Positions 39,575-48,792 are shown, numbered from the stretch's first letter. The stretch: 64,000 bases of DNA from Candidatus Woesearchaeota archaeon (GCA_964452525.1 CAYVLZ010000003.1:54736-118735), one strand, 5' to 3'. Notes: generated by a model from the letters alone, not told the origin. Made by a program: numbers and translations.

Positions 39575-40318
39575 ATGTGGTGGATATACGTTTCAATTTT
39601 AGTTGTAATCTTCCTTCTAGGAATAAGAATAATAAATCAATATGAAAGGGGAGTTAAATTCAGACTTGGTAAGTTTGTAGGGGTCCTTCAACCAGGATTC
39701 AGATGGATAATTCCCATAATAGAAAGAGTTCAAAAAGTTGATATAAGAGTTATCACCGTAGATATTCCGTCTCAAGAGGTCATGACTCAGGATAATGTTC
39801 CTATAAAAGTCAATGGTGTTGTTTTCTTTAAAGTTTTGAATTCTGATAAAGCAGTCTTAGAAGTAGAAGCTTATCAATACGCTGTTTCACAATTAGCTCA
39901 ATCTGCATTAAGAGATATGTGTGGGAAAGCTGAGCTAGATAAAGTGCTTGCTAAAAGAGAAGAAATAGGAAATAAAATCAAAGAAGTAGTAGATGGGGAA
40001 ACAGATCCTTGGGGCATAAAAGTTACAGATGTAAAGATAAAAGATATAGAACTTCCAGAAAACATGAAAAGAGCAATGGCACACCAAGCAGAAGCTGAAA
40101 GAGATAGAAGAGCAAGAATAATACTTGCACAAGCAGAGGAACAAGCAGCAAGAAAATTACTTGAAGCCGGAAAGATTATTGATAAATCACCTGCATCACT
40201 TAAATTAAGATTATATCAGACTTTATCAGACATAGCAGCTGAAAAAAACTCTACAATAGTATTTCCGTTCCCAGAAGAGATGTTAGAGATGTTTAAAAAA
40301 TCATCAAAAAAGAAATAA
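39575..40318 (+). CDS. SPFH/band-7 (stomatin/prohibitin-like) membrane protein
   Basis: N-terminal TM helix plus SPFH core and coiled-coil AHQAEAERDRRARIILAQAEEQ; start moved to MWWIYV because the longer ORF overlaps the tRNA. Confidence 0.75.
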   Translation: MWWIYVSILVVIFLLGIRIINQYERGVKFRLGKFVGVLQPGFRWIIPIIERVQKVDIRVITVDIPSQEVMTQDNVPIKVNGVVFFKVLNSDKAVLEVEAYQYAVSQLAQSALRDMCGKAELDKVLAKREEIGNKIKEVVDGETDPWGIKVTDVKIKDIELPENMKRAMAHQAEAERDRRARIILAQAEEQAARKLLEAGKIIDKSPASLKLRLYQTLSDIAAEKNSTIVFPFPEEMLEMFKKSSKKK

Positions 40319-40319
40319 A

Positions 40320-41246
40320 TCACTGGTTAGAGTACCATAACTTCTTAAGATCTTTATTTTCTAAAATTAAATTTTCTTTAGCTCGTATAGAATAATGATA
40401 TCTGTTATGGTATTTCCCTCCTTCCATGAATTTCTTCTTGAAATGATTCAGATTTTTACCAACAGCAACACCACAATTTAAAAATTCCACATCTTCGTTC
40501 AGTAACCTTCTAGCCTGATTTACTTTCAAGAATGTTCCTAATCCAGAATATCCCCTTAAACATTTATTAAGAATACTAAATCCATATTTGTTATCTGATG
40601 GAGAAAGGATACACAGTTCCATTCCAACCACATCATTTTTATCCAAGATCAAAGTACCAGATATCTTATTGTTGCCTAGAAAATTATTAACCAATAACAA
40701 TTCATTATGAATTTTCAGTTTAAGATTATATTCTTTATTTAATTCATCTTCCCATTTATGTAAAAAAGTTTTAACCCTCTCAATATCATCTTTCTTAACA
40801 TCAACAATATTCAAAGAACTATGTTTTTTCAAGAATGAATTATAATTTTTTCTCACCCCCTTAAAAGCACTTCCTTTCATACTAACTACTTTATCAACAT
40901 TTAGAAAAAACTCTCTTTCTTCAAAATTCAATAAACTTTCATTAGGCAAATTCTCCGTAAAGGAATATCCTAAATGATCTGTTTTATCTTTTAAGATCTC
41001 CATGAATTCTTTATCTTCGTCGTGTTGGTCAAATAATATCCTTATATCTTTGAATCTTTTATCTCTAAAGAATACTAATCTGTCTCGACCTTTAAAATTA
41101 ATCAGATAAGTTTTTTTATCATGTGAATTAAGAAAAACCTGTATAATCGGAAAGCAAGCAAAGAGACTGAGATTCTTATTTCTTTTAAAATAATTATCGA
41201 TCCTACTCCAGTCTTCTTTTCTAATTCTATACTCTTCTTCCAACAT
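40320..41246 (-). CDS. hypothetical protein (about 308 aa), no clear family
   Basis: Long ORF with proteome-typical composition. Confidence 0.4.
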   Translation of the reverse strand: MLEEEYRIRKEDWSRIDNYFKRNKNLSLFACFPIIQVFLNSHDKKTYLINFKGRDRLVFFRDKRFKDIRILFDQHDEDKEFMEILKDKTDHLGYSFTENLPNESLLNFEEREFFLNVDKVVSMKGSAFKGVRKNYNSFLKKHSSLNIVDVKKDDIERVKTFLHKWEDELNKEYNLKLKIHNELLLVNNFLGNNKISGTLILDKNDVVGMELCILSPSDNKYGFSILNKCLRGYSGLGTFLKVNQARRLLNEDVEFLNCGVAVGKNLNHFKKKFMEGGKYHNRYHYSIRAKENLILENKDLKKLWYSNQ

Positions 41247-41289
41247 ATTAATTCTAAGTACTATGCGTTTTTAATATTTTTTAATTTTC

Positions 41290-41304
41290 AAAAACTTTAT
41301 AAAC
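41290..41304 (+). promoter_or_regulatory. BRE/TATA-like promoter element (CAAAAACTTTATAAAC) 24 nt upstream of tRNA-Ile
   Basis: Shared motif and spacing. Confidence 0.45.
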
Positions 41305-41327
41305 AATTTTCATATATTTCCCTTTAA

Positions 41328-41483
41328 GGGCCTGTGGCTTAGTCTGGCTAGAGCACTCGACTGATAAGCTTGGATTCTCATTTCCACGGAGGTGAGACTT
41401 AAGAGCCTTGCTCTTGCTAAGCTCATAGATCGAGAGTAGGAGACTACCGATAAAGGTCGCCGGTTCGAATCCGGTCAGGCCCA
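41328..41483 (+). tRNA. tRNA-Ile (GAT) interrupted twice: a 62-nt canonical intron (41367-41428) and a 19-nt insert (41435-41453) between anticodon stem and variable loop
   Basis: Acceptor GGGCCTG/CAGGCCC, D arm GCTT-AGTCTGGCTA-GAGC, anticodon stem CTCGA with loop CTGATA, 3' stem TCGAG, variable AGGTC, T arm GCCGG-TTCGAAT-CCGGT. Intron 1 ends pair (AGCTT/AAGCT), giving a BHB-like fold; insert 2 forms a GTAG-GAGA-CTAC hairpin. Confidence 0.7.
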
Positions 41484-41542
41484 CTTTACAGTAATGAGAA
41501 AAACATTTAAATCACTAATTCTAAAATTCTTCATAAAAGGAG

Positions 41543-41767
41543 GTGCATAAATTGCCTAGAAAAAAATCAAAAGCAATCAACAAAGTTAATAAAACATCAT
41601 CAGTATGCCATCCCTCAGGTTGGTGGTCAGCTAAAGGAATCATTTTATTGTTATTCGGTATTCTGCTTTGGGCAGGAATATGGAACTTAGAAACCGTAAT
41701 AGCACTAATCTTGGTCTTAGCGGGTATAAAATATATTTGGTACGGTTGTGGTTGCTCATACGGATAA
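41543..41767 (+). CDS. small membrane protein (GTG or TTG start)
   Basis: AAGGAGG SD; two hydrophobic helices. Confidence 0.35.
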   Translation: MHKLPRKKSKAINKVNKTSSVCHPSGWWSAKGIILLLFGILLWAGIWNLETVIALILVLAGIKYIWYGCGCSYG

Positions 41768-41768
41768 A

Positions 41769-42098
41769 CTACTCAATCCTTGTACCATTAGAAATGTCCT
41801 TTTCTGGAATTAATAAAACTATTTTTTCTTCTTCAACTGCAGCGAGTAACATACCTTGACTTTCAACTCCCCTGAGCTTTACAGGTTTTAAGTTAGTAAT
41901 TACAACTATTTTTTTACCGATTAAATCTTTTTCTTCATAACCATTCTTAATCCCAGCAACGATTTGAATTTCTTCCCCAACATCTACTTTAAGAATATAT
42001 AGTTTGTCCGCATTAGGATGGTTTTTAACTTCTTTAATTTCACCGATACGTATATCCAACTTTTTCCAATCTTCAAACTCTATCATTTTAAATAACAA
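41769..42098 (-). CDS. tRNA-binding OB-fold protein (Trbp111/CsaA/EMAP-like)
   Basis: IRIGEIKEVKNHPNADKLYILKVDVGEE...IVAG...LIGKKIVVITNLKPVKLRGVESQGMLLA matches the Myf/tRNA-binding domain. Confidence 0.7.
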   Translation of the reverse strand: MLFKMIEFEDWKKLDIRIGEIKEVKNHPNADKLYILKVDVGEEIQIVAGIKNGYEEKDLIGKKIVVITNLKPVKLRGVESQGMLLAAVEEEKIVLLIPEKDISNGTRIE

Positions 42099-42110
42099 AA
42101 AAGAAAAAAA

Positions 42111-42314
42111 TTATCTCTTTTTAGTTAAGAAAGCATAAACTCCCACTAGACCAGCGACTACAAGCACCCAACCAAGTACAACATTTAAGGTTTCACCTAT
42201 TGCAGGAATTGCAACACTTCTACCAGTCATAGAAAATCCAATTATAATTGGTACCAATGTTATTACAAAGGCTACTAAGATTCCAAGTGCTCCGAATTTC
42301 TTCTCAGGCATCAA
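42111..42314 (-). CDS. small two-helix membrane protein
   Basis: 67 aa, two hydrophobic helices, KKR tail. Confidence 0.35.
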   Translation of the reverse strand: MMPEKKFGALGILVAFVITLVPIIIGFSMTGRSVAIPAIGETLNVVLGWVLVVAGLVGVYAFLTKKR

Positions 42315-42371
42315 TATCTACCTCCCTAAATTATAATAAAATCCTAGGGTTATTAACGTTTATAAGTTTTA

Positions 42372-42563
42372 CTATCCATTAATTTCTATATATTTTTGTA
42401 TACTTCTATCATAAGTCTTCTCTACATTTTCAGGAAAGAAACACGCAGGAAGTTCTCCGTTTTCTCTATGGTGTTTAATGCATTCACAACAAATTCCTTT
42501 CCTCGGACAACCAAGATAACTGCAATTACAATCCTTTAAGTTAATATCCTTTTTACATTCCAT
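42372..42563 (-). CDS. small cysteine-rich protein (C-x-C-x5-C-x5-CC-x-C-x3-HH), probable metal-binding
   Basis: Eight Cys and two His in 63 aa; this arrangement is shown in the feature call; no family recognised. Confidence 0.4.
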   Translation of the reverse strand: MECKKDINLKDCNCSYLGCPRKGICCECIKHHRENGELPACFFPENVEKTYDRSIQKYIEING

Positions 42564-42566
42564 TTT

Positions 42567-43067
42567 TTATTCCGGAACTAAGAAACTATACACCTCTTCT
42601 TTTTTTCCTAGCTGTTTACTCATTTCTACTATGGTTTTATACAAATCTAAAGCAACCCTTTCATCTGTGATACCACACTCTTTGATTACATCAACATAAA
42701 ATTCAACAGGCAAATCTCCTTCTCTTACTCCGAATTCTACATAAGCCCTTCTAATCTGTCTATGTTTACTGATAGACTCTTTTAATATTTTTCCATATCT
42801 TGGGTGTTTTTGCGTGAATTCGTCTATACCCAATCTGATAGCTCTAGCTCCTTTAACAGCCTCATCACTCCATCTTAATCTTCCTACCAGATTAGAATCC
42901 TTAGGCAAGCAGTGATTTTCCACTTCTTTCAGTCTTTCATAAGCTTCTTTACCGGAATTTTCAAGTCTTCTTTTACTTTTATCACTAAAGCTTCCGGTAG
43001 GGCTTGTTAATGTTTTGAAAGCAACCATTCTCTCAACAACTTGCTCTAGTTTATTTTTCTTTACCAT
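42567..43067 (-). CDS. hypothetical protein (166 aa)
   Basis: First gene of a tightly packed four-gene minus-strand unit. Confidence 0.4.
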   Translation of the reverse strand: MVKKNKLEQVVERMVAFKTLTSPTGSFSDKSKRRLENSGKEAYERLKEVENHCLPKDSNLVGRLRWSDEAVKGARAIRLGIDEFTQKHPRYGKILKESISKHRQIRRAYVEFGVREGDLPVEFYVDVIKECGITDERVALDLYKTIVEMSKQLGKKEEVYSFLVPE

Positions 43068-43083
43068 ATTTTAAAGAAATCAA

Positions 43084-43098
43084 AAAAACTATTTAAAT
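43084..43098 (+). promoter_or_regulatory. BRE/TATA-like promoter element (AAAAACTATTTAAAT) 23 nt upstream of tRNA-Gly
   Basis: Shared motif and spacing. Confidence 0.45.
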
Positions 43099-43120
43099 CC
43101 TTCTTTCTTATTAACATTGT

Positions 43121-43203
43121 GCGTTAGTCGTCTAGTGGCAGGATGCGACCTTCCCATTCTATGGAAAAAGGTTGCGACCCGGGTTCAAATCCCGGCTAGC
43201 GCA
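43121..43203 (+). tRNA. tRNA-Gly (CCC) with a 12-nt intron (43157-43168) at the canonical 37/38 position
   Basis: Acceptor GCGTTAG/CTAGCGC, anticodon stem CGACC/GGTTG, loop TTCCCA|A. Intron TTCTATGGAAAA has GGAA pairing with loop TTCC, giving a minimal bulge-helix-loop fold. T arm CCGGG-TTCAAAT-CCCGG. Confidence 0.75.
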
Positions 43204-43205
43204 TC

Positions 43206-43997
43206 TTAATTCACATAGAAATAATCCAAAGATTCTTCTATACTGCTAACCTCTTTTACCTTTATCCCCGCTTCTTTACTTACATCTATTTTTATAGGTA
43301 TTTGTTCTACTGTACAGATTTGGGTAAAGCCCACTTTTTCGCAATGTTCCCTTGTCTCATAAACTACACCCTCGCTTTGTAGCATAGGAACTAAAAATAG
43401 ATCATAACCAGCTTGTTTTGCTGCAGATGCTTTCTCAATTATTCCTCCTACTGGCCCTATTGTCCCATCGTGATTTACAGCACCAGTAATCATAACATCA
43501 TCTCTTAACGGTCTATTCTCTATTACAGAAACAGTTGCAACAGTCAAAGCAGCACCAGCACTTGGACCTCCTATTAAAGAAGCATTAGTATCTACATCAA
43601 ATACAAGATCATAATTATCAAGACTTACTCCTGTTACATTGGAAGCAACATTCTTAGCAGTCCTTATACTATTCTGTGTATCTACCCAAAAAAGCAAAGT
43701 ATCTATATCGACCAGAGTTCTTCCTGTTCCTGGCATTACTCCTACTGTAAGAGTCGTAGAAACTCCGTTACCTTCATTGTCTACTGCAGGAACTCTTAAT
43801 GTAGAGTATCTAACATCTTCTCCTACAAACTCTAGTTCTTTTTCTACCTCAACCTGTTCCTGCACTTCCAACTTATTACTTACACCTACAAAATATCCCG
43901 CTAGAAATATAGATATTATAAATATAAAACTGATTACAACAAAGGTATTTATTTTTTCTCTTTTATTTCTTCTTACAATTCTTCTTTTTTTAATCAT
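43206..43997 (-). CDS. membrane-anchored Lon-type (S16) serine protease domain protein without AAA+ module
   Basis: N-terminal TM helix; GPSAGAALTVATVS catalytic Ser and downstream Lys (EKASAAK) of the Ser-Lys dyad. Confidence 0.7.
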   Translation of the reverse strand: MIKKRRIVRRNKREKINTFVVISFIFIISIFLAGYFVGVSNKLEVQEQVEVEKELEFVGEDVRYSTLRVPAVDNEGNGVSTTLTVGVMPGTGRTLVDIDTLLFWVDTQNSIRTAKNVASNVTGVSLDNYDLVFDVDTNASLIGGPSAGAALTVATVSVIENRPLRDDVMITGAVNHDGTIGPVGGIIEKASAAKQAGYDLFLVPMLQSEGVVYETREHCEKVGFTQICTVEQIPIKIDVSKEAGIKVKEVSSIEESLDYFYVN

Positions 43998-44054
43998 ATT
44001 CTATTAAAATACTTTGTAACTATTTAAGTCTTGTGGATAAATCATTCAGAAAAA

Positions 44055-44129
44055 TGCTCCTGGCGGGATTTGAACCCGCGTCTTCGCCTCGAGAGGGCGA
44101 GATCCTTAACCGGGCTAGACTACAGGAGC
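44055..44129 (-). tRNA. tRNA-Glu (CTC), intronless
   Basis: Reverse complement GCTCCTG-TA-GTCT...TCGCC-CTCTCGA-GGCGA-AGAC-GCGGG-TTCAAAT-CCCGC-CAGGAGC-A. Confidence 0.85.
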
Positions 44130-44169
44130 TTATACTTACAGAACTATAGTATTTTATAAAATTAACCAA

Positions 44170-44242
44170 TAGCCCCGGGAGGATTCGAACCTCCGCCAAT
44201 AGGTCCAGAGCCTATTATCCTTGACCACTAGACTACGGGGCT
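44170..44242 (-). tRNA. tRNA-Gln (CTG), intronless
   Basis: Reverse complement AGCCCCG-TA-GTCT-AGTGGTCA-AGGAT-A-ATAGG-CTCTGGA-CCTAT-TGGC-GGAGG-TTCGAAT-CCTCC-CGGGGCT-A. Confidence 0.85.
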
Positions 44243-44304
44243 TTATTTTCTTTAAATAATGATTGTTTAAAAAACTTTATAAATTTAAACAATCAACCAC
44301 AAGT

Positions 44305-44922
44305 ATGGATTTCATAAAATCAGTTTTTACAAATAATATAGATGAATCTACACACAAACAATTTGTTAGATTCGGAATGGGAACCTTTGAAAATAGAGCA
44401 TTGATTAAAATAAAAAAAGGAAAAGATTCCTTTAATCTTTCTACAAGTTTCGAGTTTGTAAATGATATAATAAGATTGATAGCTGATAACATAGAAAAAG
44501 CGAGCATAAATGGAAAAATAATCAAGAATAAGAAAAAAACAGAAGTTGAAGAAGAAGTATCTTCTGAAAAAATTAAAAATTTGTTGAACCAAAACGATTG
44601 GTTACTAACTGATATATCTTCTGATAAGATATCTTTTAAAACAGCAAAATCCTTACCAAAACCTGGAAAAGCATTAAAAGATAATTTCTGCAAGACTACA
44701 CTTCCATTGTCATTCTTGGAAGAATTTGCTTTTGATGTCAAACAAGATTTCAAAAAATTAACAGTATCACACACTTTCATAATAGAAGAAATAAAAATTC
44801 CAGAAGAATACAAAGATAATGCTGCTTTAGCAAGGGAAAAAGCAACCAGAAAAGGAAAAATCGTTAGAATCCTTAACATCGATGGTAAGGAAGAAAGAAA
44901 AGAAATTGGATTTGAAGCTTAA
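44305..44922 (+). CDS. hypothetical K/E-rich protein
   Basis: Start moved to MDFIKS because a promoter-consensus element AAAAACTTTATAAAT lies inside the longer ORF about 24 nt upstream of this ATG, suggesting a leaderless mRNA. Confidence 0.45.
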   Translation: MDFIKSVFTNNIDESTHKQFVRFGMGTFENRALIKIKKGKDSFNLSTSFEFVNDIIRLIADNIEKASINGKIIKNKKKTEVEEEVSSEKIKNLLNQNDWLLTDISSDKISFKTAKSLPKPGKALKDNFCKTTLPLSFLEEFAFDVKQDFKKLTVSHTFIIEEIKIPEEYKDNAALAREKATRKGKIVRILNIDGKEERKEIGFEA

Positions 44923-44998
44923 AAACAAAAACTATATAAATAAAAATTATTCTTTAAAATTTACCCTACTGAAAAAAGTCGCTAGTTCTATCCATAGC

Positions 44999-45013
44999 AA
45001 AAGCTTTAAAAGC
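44999..45013 (+). promoter_or_regulatory. BRE/TATA-like element (AAAGCTTTAAAAGC) about 25 nt upstream of the rpl3 ATG; probable leaderless r-protein operon promoter
   Basis: Same motif class and spacing as the tRNA promoters; no SD before the ATG at 45039. Confidence 0.35.
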
Positions 45014-45038
45014 ATAAGATTTTGCTAAAAACTAAAAA

Positions 45039-46025
45039 ATGGGACATCAAAGCGGAAAGTCAAGGAAACCTAGAAGTGGAAGTCTTCAGATATGGCCACG
45101 AGTTCGAGCTAAAAGGAATTATCCTAAGATAAGGTCCTGGCCAGAAAACAAGACAAAAAAACTCTTAGGTTTTGCTGGATACAAGGCAGGAATGACACAT
45201 GTGATAATTATCGACAACCAACCACACTCTTCAACAAAAGGGGAAAAGATATCCATTCCTGTAACAGTGGTCGAATGTCCGCCTTTAAAACCTCTTTCTA
45301 TCCGACTCTATAAACAAACCCCTTATTCTTCCAGAATCATTTCAGAAATACCTGCTAAAAACTTTAACAAAGAACTCTTTAAGAAGATAAAACAAGGCAA
45401 AAAACAAAAAGAAGAACCAAAGACCAATCTAGAGGACGTATCTGATGTAAGACTAAGTGTTTATACCCAACCTAAGATGACAGGAATAGGAAAGAAGAAA
45501 CCAGAAATATTTGAATTAGCTATCGGTGGAAAAAACACTAACGAAAAATTAGAATTCGCAAAATCCTTACTAGACAAAGAGATTAAGGTAACAGATGTTT
45601 TCAAAGAGGGAGAGTTTATAGATGTTCATGCAGTCACTAAAGGCAAGGGTTTCCAAGGACCTGTAAAAAGATATGGTATTTCTTTAAAATCACACAAATC
45701 GCAGAAGAAAAGAAGATCCGCAGGAAATCTTGGAGCATGGACTCCGAAAAAAGTAGACTGGAGGATGCCTCAACATGGACAGAAAGGATATCACACCAGG
45801 ACCGACTATAATAATCTTGTAATCAAAATAGATTCCGATACAAAATTAATAAATCCTAAAGGAGGATTTGTAAATTACGGTTTGATTAAAAACGATTACG
45901 TTTTGGTAAAAGGTTCAATTCCAGGACCAAAAAAACGTTTAGTAAGATTAATAGAACCCATAAGAATGAAAACTCCGGCCCAGAAACAAGATATATCTTA
46001 CATAAGCATAGAATCAAAACAATAA
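45039..46025 (+). CDS. rpl3: ribosomal protein uL3
   Basis: Conserved uL3 core (GYKAGMTHV, VTKGKGFQGPVKRYG); first gene of the conserved cluster. Confidence 0.9.
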   Translation: MGHQSGKSRKPRSGSLQIWPRVRAKRNYPKIRSWPENKTKKLLGFAGYKAGMTHVIIIDNQPHSSTKGEKISIPVTVVECPPLKPLSIRLYKQTPYSSRIISEIPAKNFNKELFKKIKQGKKQKEEPKTNLEDVSDVRLSVYTQPKMTGIGKKKPEIFELAIGGKNTNEKLEFAKSLLDKEIKVTDVFKEGEFIDVHAVTKGKGFQGPVKRYGISLKSHKSQKKRRSAGNLGAWTPKKVDWRMPQHGQKGYHTRTDYNNLVIKIDSDTKLINPKGGFVNYGLIKNDYVLVKGSIPGPKKRLVRLIEPIRMKTPAQKQDISYISIESKQ

Positions 46026-46026
46026 A

Positions 46027-46869
46027 ATGAAAGCAGATATTTTAAGTATCGAAGGAAAAAAAACGGGAACAATAGATCTGCCTAGTCAGTTTAACGAAGA
46101 AATAAGACACGATTTAATTCAAAGATCTGTTTTAGCTTTACAATCAAAGAAAAGACAATCTTATGGTTCTTTTAAAGAAGCAGGTAAAAGAGCTTCAGCA
46201 AAATTATCTAGAAGAAGACACGATTACAAAGGTGCTTATGGAAGAGGCATGTCAAGAGTACCGAGAAAAACTCTGGTAAGAAGGGGAACACAATTTATCT
46301 GGGTTGGGGCTGTTGCTCCAGGAACTGTTGGTGGAAGAAGAGCACACCCACCTAAACCAGAAAAAGACTGGAAACAAAAAATCAACAAGAAAGAAAATAG
46401 GAAAGCTATAAGATCCGCAATTGCTGCGACATTAAGTAAAACATTAGTAAGAAAAAACGGATTCTTTTGTGAAAATATCCCTTTGATAGTGGAAGATGAG
46501 ATGGAATCTTTAAGCAAAACGAAAGAATTAAGGAGAACTCTACAGAACCTAAACTTAATAGATGACCTTCAAAGAATCTCAATCAAAAGAGTAAGAGCAG
46601 GAAAAGGAAAGAACCGAGGAAGACCTTATAGAACTAAAAAAGGACCTTTAATTGTAGTATCAAAAAATTGTAAGCTAATCAATGCCTGTAAAAATCTTAA
46701 AGGCATAGAAGTTTCTAAAGTAGATTCCCTAAACACAGAAGTTTTAGCGCCAGGAACCAATCCTGGTAGATTAGTCATATGGACAAAACCATCAATTGAG
46801 AGATTAACCAGAGAAAAATTATTTACTGAAAAAAGAATAAGCGTTAAGAAAGAAAATAAAGAGAAATAA
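46027..46869 (+). CDS. rpl4: ribosomal protein uL4
   Basis: Position after uL3; conserved archaeal L4 N-terminal core through GRGMSRVPR (a neighbouring feature below). Confidence 0.85.
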   Translation: MKADILSIEGKKTGTIDLPSQFNEEIRHDLIQRSVLALQSKKRQSYGSFKEAGKRASAKLSRRRHDYKGAYGRGMSRVPRKTLVRRGTQFIWVGAVAPGTVGGRRAHPPKPEKDWKQKINKKENRKAIRSAIAATLSKTLVRKNGFFCENIPLIVEDEMESLSKTKELRRTLQNLNLIDDLQRISIKRVRAGKGKNRGRPYRTKKGPLIVVSKNCKLINACKNLKGIEVSKVDSLNTEVLAPGTNPGRLVIWTKPSIERLTREKLFTEKRISVKKENKEK

Positions 46870-46871
46870 AA

Positions 46872-47132
46872 ATGGACCCCTACAAAATAATAAAATATCC
46901 GCTTGCAACTGAAAAAGCAGTTAGGATAATGGAAATGGAAAATAAATTAGTCTTCATAATATATCCTAATGCAACAAAAAAACAAGTTAAAGAAGCAGTT
47001 GAAAATGCGTTTAAAGCAAAAGTCCTTAAAGTCAACACACTCTTTACACCCAAGGGGGATAAGAAAGCCTATGTCAAACTATCCTCCGAAACTCCTGCAA
47101 TAGATATTGCAACCCAATTAGGAATAATGTAA
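46872..47132 (+). CDS. rpl23: ribosomal protein uL23
   Basis: [25 protein letters not shown]...KKQVKEAVE. Confidence 0.85.
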   Translation: MDPYKIIKYPLATEKAVRIMEMENKLVFIIYPNATKKQVKEAVENAFKAKVLKVNTLFTPKGDKKAYVKLSSETPAIDIATQLGIM

Positions 47133-47133
47133 A

Positions 47134-47859
47134 ATGGGAAAAAGAATAATAACTCAAAGACGTGGAAGAGGAACACAGACCTACAAAAGTCCTAGCCATC
47201 GCTATAAAGGACCAATAAAATATAGAAAATATGACGATAAAGAGAAAACAACTCGCATTAAAGGAGTTGTTAAGGATATCGTTCATCAGCCGGGATATTC
47301 TGCGCCTTTAGCTGAGATACTATTCGAAAACGGCGAAAAGATATATATGTTTGCGCCAGAGGGAATGTACACAAACCAAGTAATATATTCTGGAGATAAA
47401 GCTGAACCTGATCCAGGAAATGTACTCCCCTTAAGAAATATACCTTTAGGAAAACAAGTATTTAACATAGAATCAAATAAAGGAGACGGCGGAAAGTTTA
47501 TAAGAAGTTCCGGAACATCAGCAAAGATAGTTTCCAAATCTAAGAATACTGTAACGATCCAATTTCCTTCAAAGAAAAGCAAAATCTTAAACCAAGATTG
47601 TAGAGCTACAATAGGCGTTATCTCGGGGTCTGGAAGAAAAGAAAAACCCTTTGTCAAAGCTGGAAAAAGATATCATGCTATGAAAGCAAAAAACAAACTT
47701 TATCCGCAAACTTCTGGAGTAGCTATGAATGCTGTTGATCATCCCTTCGGCTCAGGACGTGGAAGACATATAGGTAAACCTAAAACACCTCCAAGAAATG
47801 CACCACCTGGAAGAAACGTTGGTTTATTAAGAGCAAAGAAAACTGGAAAGAAGAAATAA
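47134..47859 (+). CDS. rpl2: ribosomal protein uL2
   Basis: GRNVGLLRAKKTGKK C-terminus, HPFGSGRGRHIGKPKT. Confidence 0.9.
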   Translation: MGKRIITQRRGRGTQTYKSPSHRYKGPIKYRKYDDKEKTTRIKGVVKDIVHQPGYSAPLAEILFENGEKIYMFAPEGMYTNQVIYSGDKAEPDPGNVLPLRNIPLGKQVFNIESNKGDGGKFIRSSGTSAKIVSKSKNTVTIQFPSKKSKILNQDCRATIGVISGSGRKEKPFVKAGKRYHAMKAKNKLYPQTSGVAMNAVDHPFGSGRGRHIGKPKTPPRNAPPGRNVGLLRAKKTGKKK

Positions 47860-47860
47860 A

Positions 47861-48256
47861 ATGGCAAAAGAATTTACATTTAGAGGAAAAAAAATAGGAG
47901 AATTAAAACAAATGTCTCTTGAAGAGTTTGTAAGGCTGATCCCTTCTAAAAAGAGAAGAAGTTTATCTAGGGGGCTAACCAGTGCTAATAAAAGATTACT
48001 AGACAAGATTAGAAAAACTAATTCAGGAAATTATAAGAAACCGATAAGAACACCTTGTAGGGACATGGTTGTTATTCCAGAAATGATAGATATGACCATT
48101 CATATCCACAACGGTAAATCTTTTATAAATGTTAAAATCCTTCCAGAAATGCTTGGACATACTCTAGGAGAGTTTGTTACCACGAGGCAAAAGATCAAAC
48201 ATTCTGCACCAGGTATAGGAGCAACTAGATCTAGTGCTGCTGTTTCAGTCAAGTAA
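47861..48256 (+). CDS. rps19: ribosomal protein uS19
   Basis: MVVIPEMIDMTIHIHNGKSFINVKI...GHTLGEF. Confidence 0.9.
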   Translation: MAKEFTFRGKKIGELKQMSLEEFVRLIPSKKRRSLSRGLTSANKRLLDKIRKTNSGNYKKPIRTPCRDMVVIPEMIDMTIHIHNGKSFINVKILPEMLGHTLGEFVTTRQKIKHSAPGIGATRSSAAVSVK

Positions 48257-48258
48257 GA

Positions 48259-48792
48259 ATGGAAAAAGAAAATAAACTAGGCGCTAAAGAAAAAACAGAA
48301 ATGCATAATGAGAAGATTAAAGAAAAATCTGAAGTAGAAAGGAAAATACAAATGAGGAAAGAAAAAAAACCAGAATCTAAAGACAATAAAGAGCACACAG
48401 CGAAAGTTTCCGGAAGAAACTTACCCATATCATCAAAACATTCAAAGGAAGTTTGCAGTTTCATATTGAACAAAGATCTAAACAAAGCTAAACAATTACT
48501 TTCAAGAGTAATTAAGAGAGAAATTGCAATACCTTACAAGAGACACAATAGAAAACTTGCACATAAACCTGGGAAAGTTGGACCCGGGAGATATCCTTTA
48601 AAACCAATTGAACATATAACGAAACTACTTAACGCAGTAGAAGCCAATGCAGAAGATAAGGGAATAGATACAAAAAATCTAATAATCTGTGAAGCAAAAG
48701 CAAACAAAGCAACCCAACAATTACATTACGGTAGGAAGAGAAGAAGATTAATGAAAAGAACACATATCGATATAGTTGTTAAAGAAAAATGA
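48259..48792 (+). CDS. rpl22: ribosomal protein uL22 with K/E-rich N-terminal extension
   Basis: AKVSGRNLPISSKHSKEVCSFI...RKRRRLMKRTHI. Confidence 0.85.
   Translation: MEKENKLGAKEKTEMHNEKIKEKSEVERKIQMRKEKKPESKDNKEHTAKVSGRNLPISSKHSKEVCSFILNKDLNKAKQLLSRVIKREIAIPYKRHNRKLAHKPGKVGPGRYPLKPIEHITKLLNAVEANAEDKGIDTKNLIICEAKANKATQQLHYGRKRRRLMKRTHIDIVVKEK

Noticed and set aside
41281-41484. 67-aa minus-strand ORF
   Set aside because: Lies entirely within the intron-containing tRNA-Ile locus
44277-44879. 200-aa minus-strand ORF
   Set aside because: Antisense to the K/E-rich plus-strand ORF, which has genome-typical composition and a promoter motif; minus product is hydrophobic low complexity
47286-47657. 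123-aa minus-strand ORF within rpl2
   Set aside because: Antisense to uL2
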